A stretch of DNA of 64,000 bases from Bdellovibrionota bacterium (lineage in GTDB: Bacteria > Bdellovibrionota > UBA1018 > CAIPTA01 > JAALKR01): positions 672,001 through 736,000 of the forward strand of contig CBDBMJ010000001.1 in assembly GCA_965207455.1 (NCBI GenBank). Direction: 5' to 3'. Made by a program: the position numbers and the translations under genes. Shown here piece by piece: positions 1-9,379 of the stretch (its first letter is position 1; every line of letters starts with the position of its first letter). The notes beneath the pieces were generated by a model. That model was not told the DNA's origin and did not search any database. It saw only the letters and a program-made list of their open reading frames with translations.

Positions 1-108
1 TTTCAGGGGAAATCTATTAGGAGTATCTTTCACAAACAAAAGAAAAAAGTAAGAGATTTTTCTGGATGGAGCTGTCTCTTCTAAAAAATTTGCTCGGCTC
101 TCGGTGGT

Positions 109-129
109 TTTCAGGATAGTTGTCCCTTT
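109..129 (+). repeat. IS inverted repeat (downstream end)
   Basis: TTTCAGGATAGTTGTCCCTTT vs reverse complement of 2164-2184, TTTCAGGGAAGTTGTCCCTTT. Confidence 0.8.
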
Positions 130-577
130 AAAATTTAAACTACTCCATGTCTAGCAAGATTTTTACCATGTTTCAATAGCTTAATTTTTAAAACTCTATT
201 TCACTGGGATTTTTCTCTTTTTTTACAGGGGACGACTTTGGCGGCTCCAGCAAGCTGTAGGGCTTGCGCCGCCAGCCGCCCGTGGTAATGAAGCAGTTGC
301 TTGCATTTATCAATATCCCGAGAAAAATTTTCCGCAGGAGCGCGCTCATTACAATATTTCCCTCGATTCGTGTGCTCTTTGTTATAAAAATCCATGGCTT
401 ATTCAAGTCTATCTGGATTTCATCAAGAGTTTTCTGTTTTTTTTCTGAACGCTGTCTTATAAAACTCCTATCAGGTAATTTGATTGAGCCTCTCTGTACT
501 TCCATTCGCTTGTGAATGACAAGATTTTGTCTCGTATGCTCAATGCTATTTAAATGAAAAAGAACAGCTATTGGCCT

Positions 578-1657
578 CTAAGTTCCTGTGGCCATACTTT
601 TTAACGGATTTAATTTTACAACTTCTGACCTATCCCAGTTTCTTGTTTTCCCTGACCAACGATTTGGGTTTTTTTGTTTTGCTCGCTCGTATACCGCTCG
701 TCTCTTAGCTAATATCTTAACATCTTCACCTCTCCTGCGACTCCCTGGAGTTACAAAATTTATACCACTATGAAAGTGCTCTTCATTATACCAAGAAATA
801 AATTCATCCATCCATTCCCTACATTCCTCAATAGATTCAAACGGTTTAAAGGGATAGCTTGGACAATATTTCAGTGTCCTAAACAAAGATTCTGAATAAG
901 GGTTGTCATCGCTGACTCTCGGTCTATTAAAGGATGGAATCACTCCAAGTCTCTGGAGTGTTGCAAGCATGGTAGCTCCCTTCATTGGTCCTCCATTGTC
1001 TGAATGAATAACAAGCGCTCCTTCCTCTATCTTTTCTTGCTTACATAAATTTGATATCATTTGACTTGAAACTCTATCATTTTGTTCTGAGCTAATATCA
1101 TAGCCAACGATACTGCGATCAAAGATATCCATCACTAGGTACAGGTAAAATTACACACCTTTTATATTAGTTTTTAAATATGTTATGTCCCAACTCCAAA
1201 CTTCATTAGGACCTGTGGATACAAGCTCTCGAGGATTATTAACCTTACTTCCCTGCTTTTGCTTACCTCTATGGACTAGCATTCCCTCTTCTTTTAGACA
1301 GCGGTAAAAAGTAGATTCACTGGCTATATACTTTCCCTCATCGGCTAATGCGGGTACGATCTGTGCTGGCGGCTTATCCTGGAACCTTTCACTGTTTGCT
1401 ATTTTAAGAACTCTTTCTTTCTCCTCATCGCTTAATTTATTTGCTGGAACATTCTTGGAATCCTTCCTCCTATCTCCAACAGAATCTTTCTTCCAACGTC
1501 TATAGGTTTTGGGATCTACTCCCACCTGTATGCATGCCTTAAAGAGGCATGCCCCATTAGAGACAGCCTCTTCAATTTTTTTTAAACAATCTTTTCTATC
1601 TGCTAGCTCTGTTCGTCTTCCTCGTTTTTTCCCCATATCAGTTCCATCTTTTTTTTT
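578..1657 (-). pseudogene. IS3-family transposase OrfB with in-frame premature stop
   Basis: ORFs 1151..1636 and 578..1135 share a frame: WSWDITYLKTNIKGV*FYLYLVMDIFDR. TAA at 1151-1153 lies between the first catalytic Asp (WDITY) and the second (HSDNG); YSESLF carries the Glu. Confidence 0.85.
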
Positions 1658-2073
1658 AGAACCAACAGGGCACTAGCTTCTGCAAGAGCCTTATCTTTAC
1701 GAAGAATTTCTTTTTCCAAAATATGAATTTTCTTTTTCAATTGACGTTTCTCGGAAGGATCCTCCCTTTCACAAAGCTCACGCCTCCAGTCATTTATATC
1801 TCGATTAAAAAGTCCGTGCTTACGCAAATAGGCACCTCTACTTTCTTCCTCTTTGAGTTCTGCAATCTGCTCAATTGCTCCAAGTTTTTGTTTTCTACTC
1901 CAGTATTTATTTCCTTTTTTCATACTAGGCTCTTTACCACATTCCCTTACCCATTTGGATAGGGTGGGCTGTGATATATCAACCTCACGGCTGAGAGCAT
2001 AAGCACTGGGACCACGAGGAGATAACATCTTCTGAACCATCGTTTTCTTTATTTCTTCTGAATATAGCTTCAT
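1603..2073 (-). CDS. IS3-family transposase OrfA
   Basis: N-terminal HTH (YSEEIK...SQPTLSKW) and C-terminal ALAEASALLVLKKK ending at a -1 frameshift motif (A9G; T-run 1649-1657 on +). Confidence 0.85.
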   Translation of the reverse strand: MKLYSEEIKKTMVQKMLSPRGPSAYALSREVDISQPTLSKWVRECGKEPSMKKGNKYWSRKQKLGAIEQIAELKEEESRGAYLRKHGLFNRDINDWRRELCEREDPSEKRQLKKKIHILEKEILRKDKALAEASALLVLKKKMELIWGKNEEDEQS

Positions 2074-2163
2074 AATAAAGCCTTTCTAGCCCCCTATTGT
2101 TGATGAAAGAACTACGAGATTACGGCTTTTAAGAAAAATCAGCCGAACTCACGCAGATCGTGA

Positions 2164-2184
2164 AAAGGGACAACTTCCCTGAAA
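2164..2184 (-). repeat. IS inverted repeat (upstream end)
   Basis: Partner of 109-129. Confidence 0.8.
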
Positions 2185-2396
2185 CAGGGGGCTCCATTGT
2201 GCGAAGTATAAAAAATAAAATCCAATAAATAAGATAATAAAAGTCTGGTACTATACTGTTAATTAGTGAATAATTAGCTTTTTGCAATACATCAGACTCT
2301 CAGAGTCAAATTAAAAATCAGTAAGTCCCTTGAAACACAAAGCTTTTAACAATTAGAATTATTTTTTTTAAAATATAATTCAAAGCGATATTTTTA

Positions 2397-2425
2397 TTGA
2401 CAGGTATAACCCCGTGCGATATGTT
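2397..2425 (+). promoter_or_regulatory. putative sigma70-type promoter
   Basis: TTGACA-17bp-TATGTT upstream of ORF 2519. Confidence 0.55.
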
Positions 2426-2518
2426 CGGTGCATTGATGAGGTTGAAAGGCTTCATCAATGGGAAAAATAGGCCCTCCCCAATTAAGTTAAGTGGTGCTTT
2501 TAATAAAAGGAGAAAATA

Positions 2519-2848
2519 ATGAAAAACATAATCGTAACAACACTAGTAATAATGCTAGGAATACAGGCACCTTTATCTGCATCTGCAGAGGGGACAAACA
2601 ATAACATCGAGGATACACGGCTTGAGTTTATTCAAAGCTTTGATGCTCTTCTTGCAGAAGGTACGCTTAGTCAAGAACAAGCAGAGCTTGTACAGGACTA
2701 TATAGATGATATAAAGACGGGAACCCCTGAGCAAATAGCTGAGTTGCAAAACTTAGTGAACCAAGAAACACAGACAGCAGGCTTCATTGTAAGTGGTGTC
2801 GGACTTGCCCTTGTGATTCTTGCACTTGGTGTGGTTTTTGCACTATAA
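2519..2848 (+). CDS. small exported protein with C-terminal hydrophobic helix, unknown function
   Basis: AAGGAG RBS, signal peptide ending ASA, acidic helical core, hydrophobic C-terminus. Confidence 0.8.
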   Translation: MKNIIVTTLVIMLGIQAPLSASAEGTNNNIEDTRLEFIQSFDALLAEGTLSQEQAELVQDYIDDIKTGTPEQIAELQNLVNQETQTAGFIVSGVGLALVILALGVVFAL

Positions 2849-2872
2849 AAAATAAAAAATAATTAAAAATAT

Positions 2873-2913
2873 AAAAGCACTCAAGAGAACGTATTTCTTG
2901 AGTGTTTTTTTTT
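2873..2913 (+). terminator. rho-independent terminator
   Basis: CACTCAAGA / TCTTGAGTG stem followed by T9. Confidence 0.8.
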
Positions 2914-3161
2914 ATTCTCTTAACAGACCGCTGTATTTTCACTTTCATTTAAAAGCCTAAATTTATAGGGGAAACAGCAATAAGATTATACGTCGTGTTA
3001 TGAAATTTCCTTTTACTGAGGTGTGAGTTTTTAGATTTGTCCTTACACAGAATCATTTTTTATTGACGCCCTAAATAGCGCTATGATAGGTTCGCAGCAT
3101 TAGATTTAGGGAAAACAGTGTCCTCCCAAATAAAATGGTGTTTTATAAAGGAGTAATAAAA

Positions 3162-4259
3162 ATGTTAAAAAAAGTATATGTACTTATAGTCGCAAGTTTT
3201 TTTATGATGAATATGAATGCCTGTAAAAACGATAGTAAACTGACTATGATGACCCAAAACCTATATTTGGGTGCTGATATTAGTAGGCTAATTAAAGGGG
3301 GGGAAGGGAATGATCCTGTCTCTATTTGGAGAACTGTCCAGTACACCCGATTCCAGGATAGGGCAGTGGCTTTAGCAAAAACTATGGCTCGCCACAAGCC
3401 TCATGTAATTGCTCTACAGGAAGTAAGCCACTATACAATTGCGCTTGCAAGTAATGGTTATGTATTAGTAGATTTATCCTTTCAAGATGTTTTGATGGGA
3501 GCGCTGGAAGCTCAAGGTCTTCATTATAGGGCTGTGGCACGATCTCCTGGAGTAGACAGAACATTTCCAGCTAGTCTGCCAGATGTTGGAGACGTAAATG
3601 TACGATATCAGGGTTACAATTTATTGCTTGTAGACCCGTCCATTGAGGTGAGCAATACAGTTGAGGGAGAATATAATGCTCAATTGTCCCTCCCCCTAGG
3701 AGATGGGACTGTTACGTTTACAAGAGGCTATACAGTGTCTGAGCTAAAAAAAGGGGGCGTTTCTTTTGCTGTGGCGAATACCCATTTAGAATTACATCCT
3801 AGTATTCAATTGGCACAAGCTGGGGAACTCATGGAGGTAGTGAAAGACCTAGGCACAGACACTTTTGTTATGGGAGATATTAATAGCGCAGCTCCAAACA
3901 TCGCTTCGGAATCTGAAAATACAAACACTGCCACCTATACTTCCTTTCTAGAGGGTGGTTTTCGGGATGCTTTTCTGGATGTAAATGCAGACTCTTTGGC
4001 TACAAGCACTTGTTGTTTTAGTGAAACTCTCGATGAAGAGAAAGGCGACTTGAGTGAAGGGCGCATTGACCATATTCTCTATCGAAGGGGAAATAACTCT
4101 GTGGTTACTAAGAGGCGAATGCGAGTATTTTTTACAGGAAATAAAAGTACTGATAAAACTCCTGGCAGTGATGAGTCACCATCCCTTTGGCCCTCAGATC
4201 ACTTAGGTGTGGTAATGGAGCTGAATTCTCAGAAAGCAAAGAGAACGCCAATTCGTTAA
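3162..4259 (+). CDS. exported endonuclease/exonuclease/phosphatase (EEP) family protein, possible lipoprotein
   Basis: Motifs MTQNL, ALQEV, NTHLE, GDINS, RIDHILY, SDHLGV. Start moved to ATG 3162, which follows an AAGGAG RBS. Confidence 0.85.
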   Translation: MLKKVYVLIVASFFMMNMNACKNDSKLTMMTQNLYLGADISRLIKGGEGNDPVSIWRTVQYTRFQDRAVALAKTMARHKPHVIALQEVSHYTIALASNGYVLVDLSFQDVLMGALEAQGLHYRAVARSPGVDRTFPASLPDVGDVNVRYQGYNLLLVDPSIEVSNTVEGEYNAQLSLPLGDGTVTFTRGYTVSELKKGGVSFAVANTHLELHPSIQLAQAGELMEVVKDLGTDTFVMGDINSAAPNIASESENTNTATYTSFLEGGFRDAFLDVNADSLATSTCCFSETLDEEKGDLSEGRIDHILYRRGNNSVVTKRRMRVFFTGNKSTDKTPGSDESPSLWPSDHLGVVMELNSQKAKRTPIR

Positions 4260-4416
4260 AACAATAGTTTTTCAGTCGAGTACTGCCTGCGAGATAGTGT
4301 GTTAGACTATGGAGTGTAGGAGGGAATGGATTCCTGTATAAGGATGTGACGCATTGTCTCATGCCAGGAAGATTTACTATTCCCTTGATCATTAAAACAA
4401 TGGAGTTGTTTTATTC

Positions 4417-7400
4417 ATGTGGAAGAAAATAAAGCATAGACAGTTTTTCGTAGGTCTATTTCTATGCCTTCTTGTGCTTTCTTCTTTTTTTATCTTCTTT
4501 AGGTTTCAGGAAGATATTTCCCAAGAAAGGAATCTCGGTTCTTTTTTCAGTGGAGATCAAGAAGCTTTCGGCATTGAATTTTCTAATCAAAAAACTGATT
4601 TATTTATTCGAAATTTTTATTCCATTTTTTTAAAAAATTTTATTGAAGAGAATTTGCAGAGTTTATATTTAAAGGATTCTTTTTTTCACGCTTCAGATGT
4701 TTCCTATTGTATTCAAGATCAATATAAAAATTTTGAAACAGAGCCTATAGATAAAATTTGGAAAAAATGTTGGGGCATGCCCAATACTCTCGTAACTATA
4801 ATGGAACATAAGATGAAGTATTCATGCCAGTCTTTTCGTTGTACAATAGGAAGAGAGTTCCATCCTATTCCCGCATTCTTTAATTTTCATGAACTTCGTT
4901 TTCCAAAGTTTAAGCTTTCTGAAAATTTTGAAGTGTCTCATCTTGGAAATAATGTATTTGAAATGCTTACTTGTCTAGAGGATTTTGCCATAGAGGGGAA
5001 TATTACTCTTTCTTCTCTAAAAGAAGGTTTACCTTTACACCATAGCCCTAATTTGTTAGCCTCTTATAAAGACAGCCCGCCTATTTGTATCAAATTACAG
5101 CTTATAATAGAGCATAATAAAAACGGTAAATCTGAGATTAGAGTTAGTAATGCAACTGATATTACGTTTGAATCTGAAAATTTTTCTGTTAATATTTTGG
5201 ATACTGATAAGAAAGAATATTTTAATGAAGAATTATCACACTTAGGCACGTACTTTCTTAGAGAAAACCCTTTGCTGAAAAAAGCAAAATTAACATTATA
5301 CAGAGAGCTAATGGGTAATTATTTTAGCGATATAGATAAGTCAAAGTTAAATGAAAAAGCTCAAGTGCTTTTTATTAATGGTTTTAACTTTGAAAAAATA
5401 AAATCTATTGGAAAAGAAACTAGAATGGATGAGTTAATTGAGCACTCTTCAAATATATTATGGCGATATTTTTCAGAAAGTGCGGAAGAACCATTTTCGG
5501 TTCATTATAATCCATTTTATATTCGGATGTATGACCTATTGAGAGAAAATAAATTATGGGATGAGCTTGAGTTTAATATAAATTTTAATGATAAAGAATA
5601 CTCCAGATCCTACTTTAGTGCGGATAGAGGTACAATGCCATTTATTTTGAAAATGAAATTAATTGATTTTAATTTAAAAAAGAAAATACTTTATAAAGAA
5701 GAATTCAAGCCTATTTTATTAGATGCTATTCAAGATACATTATATTCTATTTTGGGTATTTCTTATGATGTTCAAATTCCAGAGAGGATACATTGGAAAA
5801 ATATTGATTTTGATAAATATAAATTCTTTAATGAAGCTGATTCTACAGATGAAAGCAGATATGACGATCAGATGAAGACCATAATCTCATTCTTTACTAC
5901 AGGAAATCTTTTAGCAAATGAACTGAATGAAATGGATAGGAGAGTTAAAGCATTTAATGTTTTGAATGCTGATAAGAAAGAATCTTCAGAGAGCCACAAA
6001 TCTTTAGATGAACTATTATCAAGCTTAGGCACATACTTTTTTAGAGAAAACCCTTTGTTGAAAAAAGCAAAATTAACATTATACGGAGAGCTAATGGGTA
6101 ATTATTTTAGCGGCATAGATAGCTCAAAGTTAAATGAAAAAGCTCAAGTACTTTTTGTTAATGGCTTTAACTTTGAAGAAATAAAGTCTGTTGGAAAAGA
6201 AACTAGAATGGATGAATTAATTGAGCACTCTTCAAATGTATTGTGGGAATACTTTTTAGAAAGCAAGGAAAAACCGTTTTCGATTCATTATAATCCATTT
6301 TATATTCGGATATATGACCTATTGAGAGAAAATAAATTATGGAATGAACTTGAGTTTAGCATGAATTTTAATAATAAAAAATATTTCAAATCTTACTTTA
6401 ATGAGAATAAAGACACAATGCCATTTATTTTAAAAATGAAATTAATTGACCTTAATTTAAAAAAGAAAACATTTTACAAAAAAGAATTCAAGCCTGTTTT
6501 ATTAGATGCTATTCAAGATGTATTATATTCTGTTTTGGGTATTTCTTATGATATTAAAATTCAAGAGAGGATGCTTTGGAAAGAGACTGATCTCGATAAA
6601 TATGAATTATTTAAAGGAGCTGATCTTGCCAGCCTTATGAATGAAAATAAATACGATGATCAGGGAAATATTATTATCTCATTCTTTATTAGAGGATATT
6701 ATTTGGCAAGTCAACTGAATGGAATGGATATAAGCAGATCATTACTTATTCAGTATACTTTATTTAGAGATAGTAAAATATTTAGAGATAGTAAGAATTT
6801 TACAAATTCCCCGGCTTTTGTGGATTGGTTAAAGAAAGTTCATTTAAACTATATTTTCCCTTTAGTTTTTAAGAATCTTAATAAAAAAATGGATAACCTT
6901 GATTTTTCTTTTTATATGAAAGGTGATGCCTCTGAGGATGACTCCAATGTAGAATCAGAATGTTTTTTTGAAGAAGAACCTCTTGCTTACAATTTTAAAT
7001 TGGTAGCGCCCAAGAATTCTTTACGGCAATATTTAAAAAAAATTCATGAAGAACGATTTATGGGAAAAACTTTTTTTATTAAAGAGTCAAAAAGTTCTGG
7101 AGATGGAACAAATATTGAGAATAAAATGATTTTATTAGAGGATAATAAGATTCATAAAGGAGATGGTGTGTTTGTTAAATTCCACAAACCCCTTAAGGTT
7201 TCTTTTGAAAAAAGAAAAAAAACAGTTGAATCTGAAAAATTTCTCCGAGTTTTAGGAGGCAAGCGAGACAAAAAACTTAAAAAACATGATTTCATAAAAA
7301 TAGATGCTCCTTTCCATTTTAAAAAAAAGACGAAGCATGGGTTTATGGAAAAATTTTTTAATCTGGCTTTTTCTACTGACTCTGGAGAATGTAGTGAACA

Positions 7401-7716
7401 GTTCCGGATACGATTGCAGGAGAACAAAAAAAATACCTCTGAAATTGCATTATCTGTCTTGCAGGACAGAGACTGTAGTTCTGTAGTTCAACAATTTTTT
7501 CTAAAAGCAGTTTTATCCTATTTTTTAAGTCCATTTATTCCCATTGTTGCTATACTTAACCAGTCATTTTCTTTAGACTATAAAGCCAGTTCAGGTATGG
7601 ATGATAGTTTTTCCATTGTGAGGTTATTCTTGAAAAAATATCGTATCGTGAATATGTGTGAATCTTCCAAAAAACTGGTATTTTTCATTGAGCTCAAGCC
7701 TTCGTCTTCACTCTGA
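4417..7716 (+). CDS. large membrane-anchored hypothetical protein with internal tandem duplication
   Basis: 1099-aa ORF with an N-terminal hydrophobic helix and two ~255-aa repeats; no family recognised. Confidence 0.8.
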   Translation: MWKKIKHRQFFVGLFLCLLVLSSFFIFFRFQEDISQERNLGSFFSGDQEAFGIEFSNQKTDLFIRNFYSIFLKNFIEENLQSLYLKDSFFHASDVSYCIQDQYKNFETEPIDKIWKKCWGMPNTLVTIMEHKMKYSCQSFRCTIGREFHPIPAFFNFHELRFPKFKLSENFEVSHLGNNVFEMLTCLEDFAIEGNITLSSLKEGLPLHHSPNLLASYKDSPPICIKLQLIIEHNKNGKSEIRVSNATDITFESENFSVNILDTDKKEYFNEELSHLGTYFLRENPLLKKAKLTLYRELMGNYFSDIDKSKLNEKAQVLFINGFNFEKIKSIGKETRMDELIEHSSNILWRYFSESAEEPFSVHYNPFYIRMYDLLRENKLWDELEFNINFNDKEYSRSYFSADRGTMPFILKMKLIDFNLKKKILYKEEFKPILLDAIQDTLYSILGISYDVQIPERIHWKNIDFDKYKFFNEADSTDESRYDDQMKTIISFFTTGNLLANELNEMDRRVKAFNVLNADKKESSESHKSLDELLSSLGTYFFRENPLLKKAKLTLYGELMGNYFSGIDSSKLNEKAQVLFVNGFNFEEIKSVGKETRMDELIEHSSNVLWEYFLESKEKPFSIHYNPFYIRIYDLLRENKLWNELEFSMNFNNKKYFKSYFNENKDTMPFILKMKLIDLNLKKKTFYKKEFKPVLLDAIQDVLYSVLGISYDIKIQERMLWKETDLDKYELFKGADLASLMNENKYDDQGNIIISFFIRGYYLASQLNGMDISRSLLIQYTLFRDSKIFRDSKNFTNSPAFVDWLKKVHLNYIFPLVFKNLNKKMDNLDFSFYMKGDASEDDSNVESECFFEEEPLAYNFKLVAPKNSLRQYLKKIHEERFMGKTFFIKESKSSGDGTNIENKMILLEDNKIHKGDGVFVKFHKPLKVSFEKRKKTVESEKFLRVLGGKRDKKLKKHDFIKIDAPFHFKKKTKHGFMEKFFNLAFSTDSGECSEQFRIRLQENKKNTSEIALSVLQDRDCSSVVQQFFLKAVLSYFLSPFIPIVAILNQSFSLDYKASSGMDDSFSIVRLFLKKYRIVNMCESSKKLVFFIELKPSSSL
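5191..6731 (+). repeat. intragenic tandem duplication (copies ~5191-5940 and ~5956-6731)
   Basis: LGTYF(L/F)RENPLLKKAKLTLY...GKETRMDELIEHSSN...HYNPFYIR...TMPFILKMKLID...LLDAIQD occurs twice, with obvious DNA-level similarity. Confidence 0.95.
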
Positions 7717-7895
7717 TCTTTTCTATGGTCTTTAGGAGAATGTGAGATGCTTGGAAACAGTGCGTCGCACCTTCCATTTTTTCTTTTTCTATTTAATGAT
7801 TTACTGGATTTTTACTTGTTGTATTACTAAATAAAAAATGTTGTACTATTTGTGCTTGTATAAATTTTCAAGAGAAGAGGGAGAATTCTTACATT

Positions 7896-8546
7896 ATGTT
7901 TGATACCGAAGAGACGCTAAGTACGTATAGAAAATTCAGAAAACATATATACACGCATGGCGTCGATATTTTTGGAGAGAGCATCTTCTTTTCCAGCAAA
8001 GAATATTTTTATCTAGGTTTTATAAACGAAAAAGAGAGTACAGAAGCAGAAAAAGAAGCCTTTGAAGATTGGCATACGTTTAATTGGATTTTTTCCCATA
8101 CCACAGCTAAAGGCAAACCAACGGCACCGAATCGTAAGAGAATTGCAGCAAATTTTTTAGAATGGCATGGGTCAAAAATTGCAGAAAGAGATCAACTGCT
8201 AATCCAGAAAAGCATGGACAGTGTACTAGCCTTCTATCAGGTTTTGAAAAAAGATGTTCAAGGGGAGCGAATTTACCTAAAGGATATGCTCCTAGGACAG
8301 GAACTTTGGACTTATTATCCCTTGGACCTGAATGTGCAGGAGGGCTGTTTTCTTTGGGCAAAGATTATTGAATGGAACGATAGCTCTCTGCTGCTCACAC
8401 ATGGTGATACCCTGCTCTCTTTAGAAGATGGAATTGACACGTTGAGAAGCTGGGCCTACTCCTCTTCAAAGTCTGTGGAAGGAGAAATGCGTGAGATTTA
8501 TTGGCTCTCTCGGATGGAAAATAAAAAAGTAATTCCCATGCGTTAA
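7896..8546 (+). CDS. hypothetical protein
   Basis: 216-aa ORF with a purine-rich upstream region; no family assigned. Confidence 0.65.
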   Translation: MFDTEETLSTYRKFRKHIYTHGVDIFGESIFFSSKEYFYLGFINEKESTEAEKEAFEDWHTFNWIFSHTTAKGKPTAPNRKRIAANFLEWHGSKIAERDQLLIQKSMDSVLAFYQVLKKDVQGERIYLKDMLLGQELWTYYPLDLNVQEGCFLWAKIIEWNDSSLLLTHGDTLLSLEDGIDTLRSWAYSSSKSVEGEMREIYWLSRMENKKVIPMR

Positions 8547-8587
8547 TTCAATTCCCTTGTCCCCCTTTTTTTCGTATACATAAACGT

Positions 8588-9355
8588 ATGAACTTCAATG
8601 GAAAGAATAAGGAGTATACAGCTGTTCTACTGGCCGCAGGCTATGGCTCGAGAATAGCAAGCCTAACGGATAAACCCAAATGCCTCCTTTCTTTAGGCAA
8701 AAAAACCCTTTTAGAAAGGCACCTAGACACCTGGAAGGACCTAGGAATCCAAAATGTTCATATTGTCCTAGGCTATAAAGCAAGCTCCATTGAACCTATC
8801 GCCAATAAATATACCCAGCACTTTCAAATCACCTATCTAGTGAACGAGGACTTTCGTAATTGTGGCAATACCTTTTCTTTATACTTGGGTATTAAGGGCG
8901 TCCAAGGACCATGCCTGATTTTTGATGCAGACCTTGCCTATGATCCCATCATCTTAGATGATTTTTTAAAAAATGGACCCAATAGTGAGATGGCAGTGGC
9001 TCCAGTAAGTATGGATAATATGGAAGCCACAAAAGCCCTAGTGGATGAAAAGAAACATATACGAGTGCTAGCAGATAAAAGACCCATCCAAGAAAGTGAA
9101 CTATTGAAATACCGCTTTATGGGAGAAGCAATTGGGATTTTAAAATTTTCAAGTAATGGAACATCTAACTTAAAAAAACATGCTAAAAGTTTTCTCTCCA
9201 TACCGAAAAATTTGAATTTAAACTGGGAATATTTGATGAACGAATATTTATTGAGTAATGATGTTGGTGCCCATATGACCCAAGAAGGAAACTGTATAGA
9301 GATTGATACTCCAGAGGATTTTAAAATGGCAAAATCCCTTTTTGGTTATAATTGA
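8588..9355 (+). CDS. phosphocholine/phosphonate cytidylyltransferase family (LicC/PntC-like)
   Basis: LLAAGYGSR...KPKCLL and C-terminal EIDTPED; first gene of the phosphonate cluster. Confidence 0.85.
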   Translation: MNFNGKNKEYTAVLLAAGYGSRIASLTDKPKCLLSLGKKTLLERHLDTWKDLGIQNVHIVLGYKASSIEPIANKYTQHFQITYLVNEDFRNCGNTFSLYLGIKGVQGPCLIFDADLAYDPIILDDFLKNGPNSEMAVAPVSMDNMEATKALVDEKKHIRVLADKRPIQESELLKYRFMGEAIGILKFSSNGTSNLKKHAKSFLSIPKNLNLNWEYLMNEYLLSNDVGAHMTQEGNCIEIDTPEDFKMAKSLFGYN

Positions 9356-9379
9356 AGACCTGACTTTGAAAGGAAAATA

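Larger units (their letters stand above)
101..2191 (-). mobile_element. IS3-family insertion sequence (probably inactive)
   Basis: Contains orfA (HTH) and orfB (DDE core) with an A9G slippery site. 21-bp subterminal inverted repeats at 109-129 and 2164-2184 match at 19/21. Candidate direct repeat (GG)CTC at 96-100 and 2190-2194. Exact ends uncertain by a few bp. Confidence 0.85.

Noticed and set aside
188..515. ORFs 188..505, 201..395 and 264..515 as IS passenger genes
   Set aside because: Mutually overlapping, no convincing RBS or family motif; not called as CDS.
1151..1153. Stop-codon reassignment or programmed readthrough
   Set aside because: TAA, TAG and TGA all end conserved genes normally in this window; an isolated nonsense mutation is simpler.
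1..2250. Host gene interrupted by the IS (joining the flanks gives ~50 open hydrophobic codons on the minus strand)
   Set aside because: The frame is closed by TAG at 2251-2253 with no start codon; too short to distinguish from chance.
2431..2480. c-di-GMP riboswitch in the GAAA-hairpin leader
   Set aside because: The conserved class I and class II core nucleotides and second stem are not evident; reported only as an unassigned leader.
4350..4368. sigma54-like TGGCATGAGACAATGC on the minus strand
   Set aside because: GG-to-GC spacing is one base too long and no credible gene lies downstream in that orientation.
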